This document shows, piece after piece, positions 1-17,350 of a stretch of 64,000 nucleotides of DNA. Made by a program: the position numbers and the translations under genes. The notes under the pieces are model-generated. The model did not search any database and was not told where the DNA came from. It was given only the letters and a program-made list of their open reading frames with translations. This DNA comes from the human T2T-CHM13v2.0 reference genome, Homo sapiens. Where the stretch lies: NCBI RefSeq assembly GCF_009914755.1, contig NC_060931.1. The stretch is one strand, 5' to 3'. Position 1 is the stretch's first letter, and the number at the start of each line of letters is the position of its first letter.

Positions 1-1022
1 GATGGCCGAATAGGAACAGCTCTGGTCTACAGTTCCCAGCATGAGTGATGCAGAAGACGGGTGATTTCTGCATTTCCATCTGCGGTACTGGGTTCATCTC
101 ACTACGGAGTGCCAGACAGTGGGCACAGGATAGTGGGTGCAGTGCACCGTGCACGAGCCAAAGCAGGGCGAGGCATTGCCTCACTCAGGAAATGCAAGGG
201 ATCAGGGAGTTCCCTTTCCTAGTCAAAGAAAGGGGTGACAGACAGCATCTGGAAAATCGGGTCACTCACACCCTAATACTGCGCTTTTCCGACGGGCTTA
301 AAAAATGGCACACCAGGAGATTATATCCTGCACCTGGCTCCGACGGTCCTACGCCCACGGAGTCTCGCTGATTGCTAGCACAGCAGTCTGAGATCAAACT
401 GCAAGGAGGCAGCGAGGCTGGGGGAGGGGCGCCCGCCATTGCCCAGGTTTGCTTAGGTAAACAAAGCAGCCAGGAAGCTAAAACTAGGTGGAGCCCACCA
501 CAGCTCAAGGAGGCCTGCCTGCCTCTGTAGGCTCCACCTCTGGGGGCAGGGCACAGACAAACAAAAAGACAGCAGTAACCTCTGCAGACTTAAATGTCCC
601 TGTCTGACAGCTTTGAAGAGAGCAGTGGTTCTCCCAGCATGCAGCTAGAGATCTGAGAACGGGCAGACTGCCTCCTCAAGTAGGTCCCTGACCCCTGACC
701 CCTGAGCAGCCTAACTGGGAGGCACCCCCCAGTAAGGGCAGAATGACACCTCACACAGCCGGGTACTCCTCTGAGACAAAACTTCCAGAGGAATGATCAG
801 GCAGCAACATTTGCTGTTCACCAATATCCACTGTTCTGCAGCATCCACTGCTGATACCCACGCAAACAGGGTCTGGAGTGGTCCTCTAGCAAACTCCAAC
901 AGACCTGCAGCTGAGGGTCCTGTCTGTTAGAAGGAAAACTAACAAACAGAAGGGACATCCACACCAAAAACCCATCTGTACATCACCAGCATCAAAGACC
1001 AAAAGTAAATAAAACCACAAAG
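1..1022 (+). promoter_or_regulatory. L1 5'UTR internal sense/antisense promoter region
   Basis: Partial YY1 site GATGGCCG at 1-8, CpG-containing L1 5'UTR, ORF1 ATG at 1023. Confidence 0.85.
266..439 (-). pseudogene. L1 ORF0, prematurely terminated (57 aa)
   Basis: MAGAPPPASLPPCSLISDCCASNQRDSVGVGPSEPG...RSIRV then TGA; matches the primate L1 antisense ORF0. Confidence 0.85.
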
Positions 1023-2049
1023 ATGGGGAAAAAACAGAGCAGAAAAACTGGAAACTCTAAAAAGCAGAGTGCCTCTCCTCCTCCAAAGGAACGCAGTTCC
1101 TCACCAGCAATGGAACAAAGCTGGTCGGAGAATGACTTTGACGAGTTGAGAGAAGAAGGCTTCAGACGATCAAACTACTCCAAGCTACAGGAGGAAATTC
1201 AAACCAAAGGCAAAGAAGTTAAACACTTTGAAAAAAATTTAGACGAATGTATAACTAGAATAACCAATAGAGAGAAGTGCTTAAAGGAGCTGATGGAGCT
1301 GAAAGCCAAGGCTCGAGAACTACGTGAAGAATGCAGAAGCCTCAGGAGCCAATGTGATCAACTGGAAGAAAGGGTATCAGTGATGGAAGGTGAAATGAAT
1401 GAAATGAAGTGAGAAGGGAACTTTAGAGAAAAAAGAATAAAAAGAAACGAACAAAGCTTCCAGGAAATATGGGACTGTGTGAAAAGACCAAATCTACGTC
1501 TGATTGGTGTACCTGAAAGTGACGGGGAGAATGGAACCAAGTTGGAAAACACTCTGCAAGATATTATCCAGGAGAACTTCCCCAATCTAGCAAGGCAGGC
1601 CAACATTCACATTCAGGAAATATAGAGAATGCCACAAAGATACTCCTTGAGAAGAGCAACTCCAAGACACATAATTGTCAGATTCACCAAAGTTGAAATG
1701 AAGGAAAAAATGTTAAGGGCAGCCAGAGAGAAAGGTTGGATTACCAACAAAGAGAAGCCCATCAGACTAACAGCAGATCTCTCAGCAAAAACTCTGCACA
1801 CCAGAAGAGAGTGGGGGCCAATATTCAACATTCTTAAAGAAAAGAATTGAAAAGAATTTTCAACCCAGAATTTCATATCCAGCCAAACTAAGCTTCATAA
1901 GTGAAGGAGAAATAAAATCCTTTACAGACAAGCAAATGCTGAGAGATTCTGTCACCACCAGACCTGCCCTAAAAGAGCTCCTGAAGGAAGCACTAAACAT
2001 GGAAAGGAACAACCGGCACCAACCACTGCAAAATCATGCCAAAATGTAA
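1023..2049 (+). pseudogene. L1 ORF1p, disrupted
   Basis: ORF-track pieces 1023-1412 and 1629-1850. TGA at 1410-1412 (CGA>TGA); 10-bp duplication aaaagaattg/aaaagaattt at about 1840-1859. Confidence 0.93.
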
Positions 2050-2111
2050 AGACCATCAAGGGTAGGAAAAACTGCATCAGCTAATGAGCAAAATAACCAG
2101 CTAACATCATA

Positions 2112-5933
<3,822 letters not shown>

Positions 5934-6248
5934 ACAGTGAGAACACATGGACACAGAAAGGGGAACATCACACTCTGGGGACTGTTGTGGGGTTGGGGGA
6001 GGGGGGAGGGATAGCATTGGGAGATATACCTCATGCTAAATGACGAGTTAATGGGTGCAGCACACCAGCATGGCACATGTATACATATGTAACTAACCTG
6101 CACATTGTGCACATGTACCCTAAAACTTAAAGTATAATTTAAAAAAATGGCCTTTATAAACAATGGGAATAGGCGAGAGGGAATGGTAATTAAAGTTTAT
6201 TAAACATAATGTGGCTGACACTGTGATAGATATATTACTCCCATTTAA

Positions 6249-6562
<314 letters not shown>

Positions 6563-6719
6563 TTAAATTTTAACAATATTATAATAGAGATACCATTCTT
6601 GTTTCACATTTAGAAAAACCAGCTGGGTTAGGTAATTTATCCAAAGGTTTATAGTTCGTAATTACTTGAACTTAGATCTGGTTAATCCTAAAGCCCTTAA
6701 TCTTTTTACTACCCCATAC

Positions 6720-7130
6720 TGAGAATGGGCTAAGTCTGAGAGAAATTTGGAAGTATATTTTATAGAACTCAGTAGCTGTTTGTAAGAGATGGAGGGAGGA
6801 GTCATAGAGACTAGCATTTAGGTTTCTGACATAGGTGATTTTAGGTTTTGCCAGTAGTGAAATAAAAAATAAGGAATACAGATGAAAAGCCAGATGGAAA
6901 AATAAGGAGCAGGTTTATAGATTTAGTTTTATCTTTATGGGATAAGAAATGACCCAAGTGGGTTTGTTATATTAAATTTGAAGTGTCTGCGAAACAACCA
7001 GATAAAGAAGTCCAGTAAAAATGGGATCTGTAGCTCGAGAGAGAAGGGCCCGGAGAAGGAGACACAGAAATATATACTTATAGGTAGTATATAGGTAGTT
7101 GAGCCAGTCATTTAAATGAGATTATTGATG
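6720..7130 (-). mobile_element. Probable L2 fragment
   Basis: Degenerate purine-rich L2-like motifs (ggtttctgac, gaagtgtctg, tagctcgagagagaag). Confidence 0.4.
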
Positions 7131-7868
7131 GGTGTTTGTTTCATGGATTTCATGGAATTATTTGAAAGTAATTAACTAGAACTAGGGAGTAGAAGGGAAT
7201 TTTGTCAACTGGATAAAGAGCATCTATGAAAAAAACTACAGCTAATATCATAATTAATCATGAAATACTAATGCATTCCCCCCTACATTCAGGGACAAGG
7301 CAAGGGTGTCTGTTCTCACTCCTCTGTGCAACATTGTACTGGAGGTTGTAACCAGTGCAATAAGAAAAGGAAATTAAATGCACCCAGATTTGAAAGAAAA
7401 AAAAAACACGAATTTACTTACAGACAACATGATTGTTATGTAGAAAATCTGATGGATTCTACAAACAAGTTTCTAGAACTAATAAGTGAGCTTTGCAAGG
7501 TTTCAAGATGCAAGATTAACATAGAAAAAATAGTATTTCTATGTACTAGCAATAAGCGATTGGGAATTGAAATTTAAAATAACAGCACAATTTCAATAGC
7601 ATCAAAAATTATTAAATACTGAAGAATAAATCTGACACATGTAAGACTTGCACACTGAAAACTACAAAATATTACTGAGAGAAATTAAAGAAGACATTAT
7701 TTTAAAATATAGAGGTATCATGTTTAAGACTCAGACTCAATTTTGTTAAAATTTGTCACTTTTACCCCAAATTGATGTGTAGATTCAACACAATCCCAGT
7801 CAAAATCTTAGTGTGCTCTCTCTCTTTTTTTTTTTTTTTGGCAGAAAATGACAATTTAAAAATAGGCT

Positions 7869-8174
<306 letters not shown>

Positions 8175-8930
8175 TTACAAAATAAAAATAGGCTAAAGAT
8201 TTGAACAAGCACTTTACTGAAAAACAATATACTGACCACAACTAAGCACATAAAAGAATGTTCAACATCTTTAGTAATTAGGACAATGCAAATTAAAACC
8301 ACAATAAGATACTACTACACACCTATTAGAATCTAGCCTGAAATTAAAAAGACTGACCATTCCGAAGTGTTGGCAAGGATGTGGAGCAACTGAAACCTTC
8401 ATACATTGTTGCCAGGAATGTAAAATGGTACAGCCACTTCGAAAAACAGTATGACAGTTTCTTAAAATTTAAGCAGACACCTACCGTATGACCCAGCCAT
8501 TCTACCCCTAGAAGTTTACCTAAGAAAACATGAAAACGTATGTTCATACAAATACTTAGACACTACTATTCAGTGGTTTATTTGAAATCCAAAAAATGGA
8601 AACAAATTCCATTAAGAAGTAAATAGATTTAAAAATTGTGGGATATTCATACAAATATTTTTCAGCGATATAAAGGACTAAGTATATGAAATAGCATGGA
8701 TAAATCTCACAAATAATTATGCTAAATGAAATAAGCCAGATTCCCTCCCCCTACAAAAAAGTATGTACTGTATGCTTCTATTTTTATAAAATTCCAGAAA
8801 AAATAAACTATAGTTAAAGCAGTAGTAAAGTAGTAGTTAAAGAAGTGATAGTGGCTGTCAGGTAATGAGGAGGTGGGTCAGAAAGGAGGTATTATAAAGA
8901 AGAGTGAGGAAATCTGGGGAATGGTGGATA

Positions 8931-9360
8931 TTATAGGTTGAATTATGTCCTCCTCCCAAAATTCAGTGAGGTTCTAACTCCTAGAAGCTGTGAATGTGGC
9001 CTTATTTGGAAATAGGGTCTTTGCAAGTTTAATCAAGTCAAGATCAGGTCATTTGGATGAGCCCTATTCCAATATTATTTTCTGTTTATAAGAAGTGGCC
9101 ATGTGAAGACACAGAGGCTTGGGGAGAATGCCAAGGGAAGATGGAGGTAGAGATTGGAGCAATGCATCTGCAAGCCAGGGAACGCATAGGATCACAGGCC
9201 CTCCACCAGAAGCTAGGAGAGGCACATGGAACAGATTGTCCCTCAAGGCCCTCAGAAGGAATCTATATTTCTGACACCCTGATTTTGGGCTTCTAGCCTT
9301 CAGAACTGATAGAGAATTCATTTCTATTGTTTTAAGCCACCTAGTTTGTGGTACCTAGGA
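8931..9360 (+). mobile_element. MaLR LTR (MLT1C-like)
   Basis: tattataggttgaattatgtcc...ccttatttggaaatagggtctttgca...ttaagccacctagtttgtggta. Confidence 0.8.
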
Positions 9361-10506
9361 TATAAATACAATGGTTATAGTCATTATCTTGATTGTTGTC
9401 ATAGTTTCATGGAAGCATATATATTTCAAAACCTATCAAATTGTTATTAAGGTATGCTAATTATACCTTAATAAAATTCCTCAAACTTAATCAATTAAAA
9501 TAAAGGAGGATTGTGCATAGAATAATGATAGTATATTATGACCGATAGTACTGATTAATCCAATTCTATTTCTCTGAAATCCATTTAGAAAACACAGAAA
9601 ACCATCATCAATCTGTGACTGCTTTACTTGTGTCTCCAGTACATTTCTGTGCTTTCTCACCTTCAAGTCTCTGCTTCTACAGTCACTTCTTGCACTACCC
9701 CACCTACATCCCAATTGAATAAATTATTCATTCACCAAATGAATTGAGTATATACTTTCTCTGAAATGTTTTCAGTGTTCAGGTAGAGCAGTGAATAAAA
9801 CAGATACCCCCTCCCTACACAAAGGGTCATTATGAGGCTTATGTTTTTGCCCACCTACACCTTTAGGCTCCATTTGAATCTGCCCAGTTCTGCCTCTAGA
9901 ACCCCAAATCAAATACATGAAAGAGTGCTGGGCCCTGCCTTTTGCAATCACCATGAAGGCAGGCTGACTAGTGCCTCTCATTTACATATATATATCCTAT
10001 TGGTTTTGTTTCACTGGAGATCCCTAATACATATTTTTTTAAAAATTCAGATTTATTGAGGCATAGTGCATATTTTCTCTTTTTAGTGTACAGTTCTGAG
10101 TTTTTATAAACATATACAGTCATGTCACCACTATCAAAATCAAGATATAGAACAATTTCATTACCCACAAAATTCCCCAGCACTCCTCTGTAGGCAGCCT
10201 CTTTCCCCTTCCCCCAGAATCTGGCAAACACTGATCTTATTTCTTTTCTTATGGTTTCACCTTTTCCAGAATGTCATACAAATGGAATCATATAATATGC
10301 AACATTTTGAGTTTAATTCTTTTTCTTCGCATAACACATTTGAAATTTATTCATGTTATTCCATGTATTAGCAGTTCATTCCTTTTTATTGATGAGCAAA
10401 AATCCATTACATAGATCATCATAGTTTATTCTCTAGGTTAAGGACACTTTGTTTACATCAAGTTTTTAACATTATGAATAGAGTCACTATAAACAATCAT
10501 GAACAG

Positions 10507-10508
<2 letters not shown>

Positions 10509-10542
<34 letters not shown>
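10509..10542. repeat. (GT)n microsatellite
   Basis: About 17 GT units. Confidence 0.97.
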
Positions 10543-10545
<3 letters not shown>

Positions 10546-11247
10546 GTAATCACCTGACAGGTTCTTCTTGTCCACTGCACAGATAGAGCCAATTTACTGA
10601 GAGCTGAGACAGTGGTATTGCAATAGAGAAAGAAGTCAATAATTGCAGGGCCAGCCAAGCAGAAAGAAGGGAGTTTTTACTCAAATCAGCCTGCCTGAAA
10701 ATTTAGAGGCTAGGATTTTTCAAGGATAGTTTGGTGGGCAGGGGGCTAGAAAATGGGAAATGCTGCTTTATTGGGTCAGGGATGAAATCACAGGGGGTCA
10801 AATCTGTCTCCTTTTGCTGAGTCAGTTCCTACCTGGTAGTCACAAGACCAGATGAGGCCAGTTTCTTGGTATGGGTTACCAGTCCAGATGGCGCCAGCTG
10901 GTCCATCAGAATGCAGGGTCTGGGAAGTACCTCAAACACCAATCTTAGGGTTCACAATAGTAGTGTTATCTATAGGAGAAATTAAGGTTACAAATCTTGT
11001 GACCTCTGGCTACCTGACTCTTGAATCATAATTCCAAGCTTGTGGCTAATTTGTTAGTTTTACAAAGGCAGTTTCAGTCCCTGAGCAATAAGGGAGTTAG
11101 TTTTGGGAAAGGATTGTTGTTATTGATTCCTCCCATGTTTAGCTGTGCCTATACTCAGGAACGAATAAGGAAAGCTTGGAGGTTAGACACAAGATATAAT
11201 CAGTTAGCTTAGATTTCTCCATTAAAATTTTTGCAAGGGCAGTTTCA
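10546..11247 (-). mobile_element. ERV1 solo LTR (LTR8 family)
   Basis: The reverse strand begins TGAAACTGCCCTTGCAAAA; the body resembles the LTR at 54254. Confidence 0.75.
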
Positions 11248-11479
11248 AACATAGGTATTTCACTTCACTTAACTAAAATATAGAAGTGGGATTGCTGGAT
11301 TGTATGATAAATGTATGTTTAAGTTCATAAGAAATTGCCAAACTGTTTTCCAGAGTGACTGCACTATTTCACATTCCCACTGGCAATTATGAGAATTCCA
11401 GATATTTGACATTCTTATCCTGTTACTTTTAGCCCACCTGTGTTCTATTTTAAAATGGGTTTCTTGTAGGCAGTGTATG

Positions 11480-11805
11480 CAATTGGCCTTTTGTATCTGT
11501 GGTTCCACATGCATGAATTCAACTAACAGGAACAAAAGATATTAGAAAAAAATAATAAGGAACAATACAACAATACAAATAATACAAATAAAAACAATAC
11601 AGTATAACAACTACTTACAGAGCATTCATATTGTTTTAGGTATTGTAAGTAATCTAGAGATGATTTATACAGTATACAGGATGGCATGCATAGGTTTTAT
11701 GCAAGTACTGTAGACATTTTATAAAAGAAACTTAAACATCCACATTTTTTGGTATCCTTGATGGTCTGGGGGAACCAATCCCCCACAGATACCAAGGGAC
11801 AGCTG
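11480..11805. mobile_element. Tigger3a/MER7A-like DNA transposon
   Basis: TIR-like ends caattggccttttgtatctgtgg / ccacagataccaagggacagctg, followed by TA. Confidence 0.8.
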
Positions 11806-12261
11806 TAGTGAGAACTTTCTTATTTATCCTCATTTATCTTGTCTGACAATTTCTGTGTTTCAATTTGTGTCTTCAGATGATTTATATTGCCTTAATGATT
11901 GATACAGTTGAACTGAAATCTATCATCTTGCTAGTTGTTTCCTATTTGTTTCATCTGTGTTTTTTCCTTTTTTCTCGTTTTTGCTCCTGCTTTTAGGTTA
12001 CTTAAGCATTTTAAAAAATTACATTTTGCCTCTGCTTTGGGCTTATTATGCCAGTTTTTAAAGTTGTTGTCATGTTTGCCCTAGGGTTTATAATACATAC
12101 GTTTAATTAACTACCATCTACCTTTAAACATATTAAACTTCTTCAAGACTACTGTAAGAACCTTACAACGGTATTCTCAATTCTCACCCCCACCTTTTGT
12201 GCTTTTGTTGTCACATCTTTTATATCTTATTATATTATATAAACCCAAAATATGTTGCTGC

Positions 12262-12458
12262 TAGACCAGTGCTGTGCAATAAAGCTTTCTGTTTTGTCCA
12301 ATACAGTATTCACTGGCCACATGTGGCTGTTGAACTCTTGAAATGCGGCTAGTTATAACAATGGACTGAATTTTTAGCTTTTATTTTTAAATTTTTAATT
12401 AGTTTACATTATATTGCTACCTTTTGTTAATGGCTAGTGTATTGAACTGTACAGATTT
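12262..12458. mobile_element. MER3-like hAT-Charlie MITE
   Basis: ctagaccagtgctgtgcaata...ggccacatgtggctgttgaa...tattgaactgtacagatttag. Confidence 0.7.
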
Positions 12459-12499
12459 AGATAAATATATTTTAGAATGACTAAAATAAAAAATAAAAC

Positions 12500-12790
12500 G
12501 GACTGGGCACAGTTGCTCATGCTTGTAATCCTGGCACTTTGGGAGGCTGAGGAGGGAAGATCGCTTGAGCCCAGGAGTTTAAGACCAGATTGGGCAACAT
12601 GGGGAGACCCCAACTCTACAAAAATAAAATAAAATAATTAGCCAGGCATGGTGGTGTGCGCCCGTAGTCCCAGCTACTTGGAGGATCTAAGGTGGGAAGA
12701 TCGCTTGAGCCAGGGAGGTTGACACTGCCGTGAGCTGTGATTGGATGACAGAGCAAGACCTTGTCTCAAAAAAAAAAAAAAAAAAAAGAA
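12500..12790 (+). mobile_element. AluJ with A tail
   Basis: gatcgcttgagcccaggagtt in the left arm; poly-A. Confidence 0.85.
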
Positions 12791-13598
12791 AAGAAAAAGA
12801 AAATTAAAATTAATAAATAAATAAGGCTAAGGCTTTTATAGTAACATTCATTTAATCATTTCTGGAAATTTTTTATTTCTTTTTGTAGATCCAAATCTTT
12901 GCCTAGTATCATTTTCCTTCTGGTTGAAGAATTGTAATATTTCTTTTAAGGCAGATCTGCTGTTAACAAATTCTCTCATCTTTTTTTTCACCTTTATTTC
13001 TAGAAGATATTTTAGCGGAGTATATAATTCTGGGTGAGGATGGATTTTTTGCAGCATTTGAAATTGACATTACATTGTCTTCTGCTGTGGTCATCTTCAA
13101 GATTTTCTCTTTACTTGTCTTCAATAGTTTGGATATGATGGGTATAGGTGTATTATTTTTACTTTTTCTGTTTTTCTGCTTGGGTGTTCTCTGAGCTGTT
13201 TAGGTCTGTAATTTGATTCTTTCATTATTTAAAAAATTTTTTAGCCATGATCTCTTCAAACAGTCTGCCCCTTTCTCTCTATTCTCTTCTGAAATTCCAA
13301 CTGCAAGTATGTTAGACCACTGGTTGATGTCCTGCAGTATTTATATGTTCTGTTCTGATATTCTCATCCCACCCCTGCATACTCTATTCTCTCTGTGTTT
13401 CAGTTTCTGTTGACTTATATTCATATTCACTGATTGTTTCTTCAGCTTTGTCAAATCTACTGATGAACCCATCCAAGGCATTTACCATCTCTGCTACAAT
13501 ATTTTTTATTTCTAGCATTTCTATCTCACTCTTTTCTATAGTTTCTATCTCCAGTAAAATTCCCATCTGTTCATTTCTACCTTTTCCTCAGATTCTTT

Positions 13599-13894
13599 TC
13601 TTTTCTCTTTTCTTTTCTCTTCTTTTCCTGAGACAGAGTCTCACTCTGGAGTGTGGTGGTGCAATCCTAGCTCTCTCCACCTCCTGGGTTCAGGTGATTC
13701 TTCTGCCTCGGCCTCCCAAGTAGCTGGGACTACAGGCACGTGCCACCATGCCCAGACAGTTTTTTGTATTTTTAGTAGAGATGGGGTTTCACCGTGTTGG
13801 CTAAGGCTGGTCTTGAACTCCTGGCCTCAAGTGATCTGTCTGCCTTAGCCTCCCAAAGTGCTGGGATCACAGTCTTGAGCCACTGTGCCCGGCC
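13599..13894 (-). mobile_element. AluS with TSD CAGATTCTTT
   Basis: TSD at 13589-13598 and 13895-13904. Confidence 0.88.
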
Positions 13895-14091
13895 CAGATT
13901 CTTTAACATAGTAATCAAAGTTATTTAAAATTCTCTGTCTAATGGCTCAAACATCTGGATCAACTGAGTCTCATTCTGTTGATTGCTTTGTCTTTGTCAG
14001 AGGCTTTTTTGTACTTAAAAAAATTATATGTCTCATAAGTTTTTATTGAATGCTATACATCATGTGTAGAACAGTAGAGATTGTGGTAAAT

Positions 14092-14286
14092 ACATGTTGA
14101 ATACTCCTTATCTGAAATGATTGGGACCAGAAATATTTCACATTTTGGATTTTTTCAGATTTTTGAATATTTGCATTATACTTACGGGCTGAGCATCCCA
14201 AATCTAAAAATCAGAAATCAGAAATTATCCAATGGGCATGTCCTCAGAGATTCAGATTTTAAATGCTCAAATTTGGAATGCTCAAG
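14092..14286. mobile_element. Tigger4a/MER46-like
   Basis: catgttgaatactccttatctgaaatgattgggaccagaa. Confidence 0.75.
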
Positions 14287-14880
14287 TAGATATTAATGTG
14301 TGACTGCATCAAGTCAAAGTAGTTCTGAGTGAGCTGCATCTGGGGCTTGTTGTTGCTATGGTTACTTTCAGCTTCAGAATTTCTGTAGTGTTTCCTTATC
14401 CTTAGGGTGGGAGCTGGGTGATGCCAGGGTTTGCTGCCTTTCTGTCAAAGGCTTAGGACTTTGTTTTATAAAGGACAAAGGTCAAGGCAGGGCTTCATTC
14501 ATTTCTCAGTTTCCAACATTTTCCCACATTCATTTTCCAAAGGAGAGGTTTCCACTCCTTTTCTTCCAGACTTGCACATCTGAGGGAGGCTTTCTCCTGC
14601 TCTGCCCTCAATCTTTCTTGTGAGTATCCAGTGAAGGTTCGTGGAGATGAGCCTGTGAATGAGTGTGAACTCCCCTTTTTTCTGTGGCTCCATGCTAGCC
14701 ACAGTTGGCCTTTACCAAACCATTAAAAATTTTAACTGAATGTTTTTGCCTGCTTGTATGGCAGCTGCCTTTTTTCCTCCAATATTCTGCCATCAGTGAC
14801 TCAGCGCTCATGACTCATCTCTCCTTGAGGGAGCCTGTCTTTGCCTACATTTTAGGCTGCTTGGTTTCCTTGTCATTTTA

Positions 14881-15252
<372 letters not shown>

Positions 15253-15694
15253 TAAAAAAGAATTACAATTTTTTAGTTTATCTAGCTTTTCTTATTGGAG
15301 TAGGAGCGATGCTCTTTCCAGGTTATTACACTCTGGATAATAGTAGAACTCAACTAGATATTTTTAAAATCCAAGCTCACATATCTTCTCTTGTCTCAGT
15401 TTTCTTTTTATTCACCCTCTGTCCTGAGTTTGAACCTTTCACATGAACGCTTTCATCATTGACTCAGGCTACATCTTATAGGGAACCAAACTTAAGACAT
15501 CTACCTATATAGTTCTAGCTCCAATGCTATAAAACTCCCCCAATGTTCGCAGCCCATAGATTGATTATTTGCATTTGTTATAGCACCTAAAATCTCAATC
15601 TTGTATTATGGCTATTTCTGCTTGTGTTTTTTAGGTACCAATGGGATTAAAATACCCATAGTCATTTATTAATTCCTTCATTCATTAATCTAGC

Positions 15695-15897
15695 TTTTGT
15701 TTTTTTTTTTTTTTTTGAGATGTTTTTACATTTTTTTTAGAGACAGGGAGGGTCTCTGTCACCCAGGCTTAAGTGCAGCAGCTGTTCACCGGTGCAATAA
15801 TAACACATTATGGCCTCAAATTCCTGGGCTCAAGTGATCCTCCTGCCTCAGCATCCCAAGTAACTGGGGCTACAGGCTTGTGCCACCATGCCTGGCT
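15695..15897 (-). mobile_element. FAM (fossil Alu monomer)
   Basis: Monomer retaining the 7SL-derived segment (reverse of gctgttcaccggtgcaat, similar to CCTGTGAATAGC) that dimeric Alus lack. Confidence 0.7.
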
Positions 15898-16754
15898 AAT
15901 CTAACATTTGCTGAGGACCTGTTATGCTAGAGTGCCAGACTGTGACCAAGAGACATATGGTAATAGTTCTCATGAAGCTTACAATCCAGTGGGGAAGACA
16001 ATGAAGATGTAATTAGAAGCTTACTGAGTGCTATAAATGCAAAGCCTCAGTAAATAGAAATATAAACACAGAATAAATGAGAGGTTGAATAAATGTATAA
16101 ATAATCCCTTCTCCACAATTACTTATCTCTCTTCTTTGTATTACATTTCACCTAAAATATAATGCTTCTTAAGTTCCTGATCATATTATTCTAGAATTTT
16201 ACCATAAATAGCTGCCTCAATTTTTTTTTATAAAACTTTTTCTCGGTTTGACAAGTGATGAAAAAGTAGCGCCAAGCATTGACTTTATATTGCGGGACCA
16301 CAGTCTCCAATACTTCGTATTCCCTGAGAGCTACTAACATATATTAGAAGTCTTATATAATATTACATTGACTAGGACAAATATTTTGAAATTTGCCTCA
16401 ACTAAAATTTATTTCATTTATTTCAATGAAAAATATGTTTAAAAATTACACCATAATAGAAAAAGTAATAAGAAAATGTAATAAAACTATACTCAAAAGT
16501 GATTTATATAATGAAATATAAGAAAATTCAATATCACAGTGAAATTAAATCAATATTAAGTTGAAAAGCAATTCAGTTAACTTTTCCACTGCAACAGCCA
16601 GATCAATTATTTACATTACTTCTTTTCAAACTTTCAACATTGAATTTCTAAAGAAAACTTTATCAGACAGGCTAATTTAACATTTCTTAAGAGACATATT
16701 CACTTCTACAAGTAAATATTCATGAAAACATTTTTATTCAAAAGATAAATAATA

Positions 16755-17350
16755 AAGCACAGGATCTAGACTTCAACAGACATGGGTTAGGATCTTGGTT
16801 TCGACACTTCTTAACTGTGACTTTAGGCCTTGGTTTCCTCATTTGTAAAGTTGTGGGGAAGGGGAAGAAAATAATATCCACCTCACAAGGCTGACATCTC
16901 TGTATTTCCAAGAAGAGATTATCTCTGCCCACATTGAATTTCCACAACTGTCTGACTATCCTTCATTAAAATACAAACATCACAAGTGAAGACAGTGATT
17001 TTTGTCGACTTTGTTCAATGCCCTATCCTTACCTGCAAAATAGTGACTAGTACATATAAGGAGCTCAGTATGTGTTGAGTGAATGTATGTGATGTGTTTA
17101 ACCTGGTTCCCAGCAAGTGGCAAATACCCAATAAATATTATTATAATTATTATTTTATTGATTCATTAACTTTACCAAAACCAAACTTTAATTCTTACCC
17201 TGCCGTTCCTATACCCTTTCCATCTCATTAAATTGGCACTTCATTTTTCTAGTAGTTCAGGCCAAAATATTTTGAAGTCTTATATTTGTTTCTCTTTTTG
17301 CTCAGTACCTCACAAATCTCTCATAAGTCCTGACTCTACCTTTCAAATAT
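16755..17350. mobile_element. MIR followed by L2 fragments
   Basis: MIR core ccttggtttcctcatttgtaaa; L2 3' end gctcagtatgtgttgagtgaatg. Confidence 0.6.

Larger units (their letters stand above)
10035..11440 (-). mobile_element. Old L1M 3' fragment split by an LTR
   Basis: Reverse L1 3' motifs; ORF 11269-11535 ends with QSLWKTVWQFLMNLNIHLSYNPAIPLL. Confidence 0.75.
11810..14860 (-). mobile_element. Old L1M 5'/ORF1 region with nested insertions
   Basis: ORF1p-like coiled coil in ORF 13384-13566 (EMLEIKNIVAEMVNALDGFISRFDKAEETISE) and C-terminal part in 12848-13057. Confidence 0.7.

Noticed and set aside
16120-16202. Further minus-strand mini-exon VKCNTKKRDK*
   Set aside because: It would need a 51-nt intron, too short for typical human splicing.
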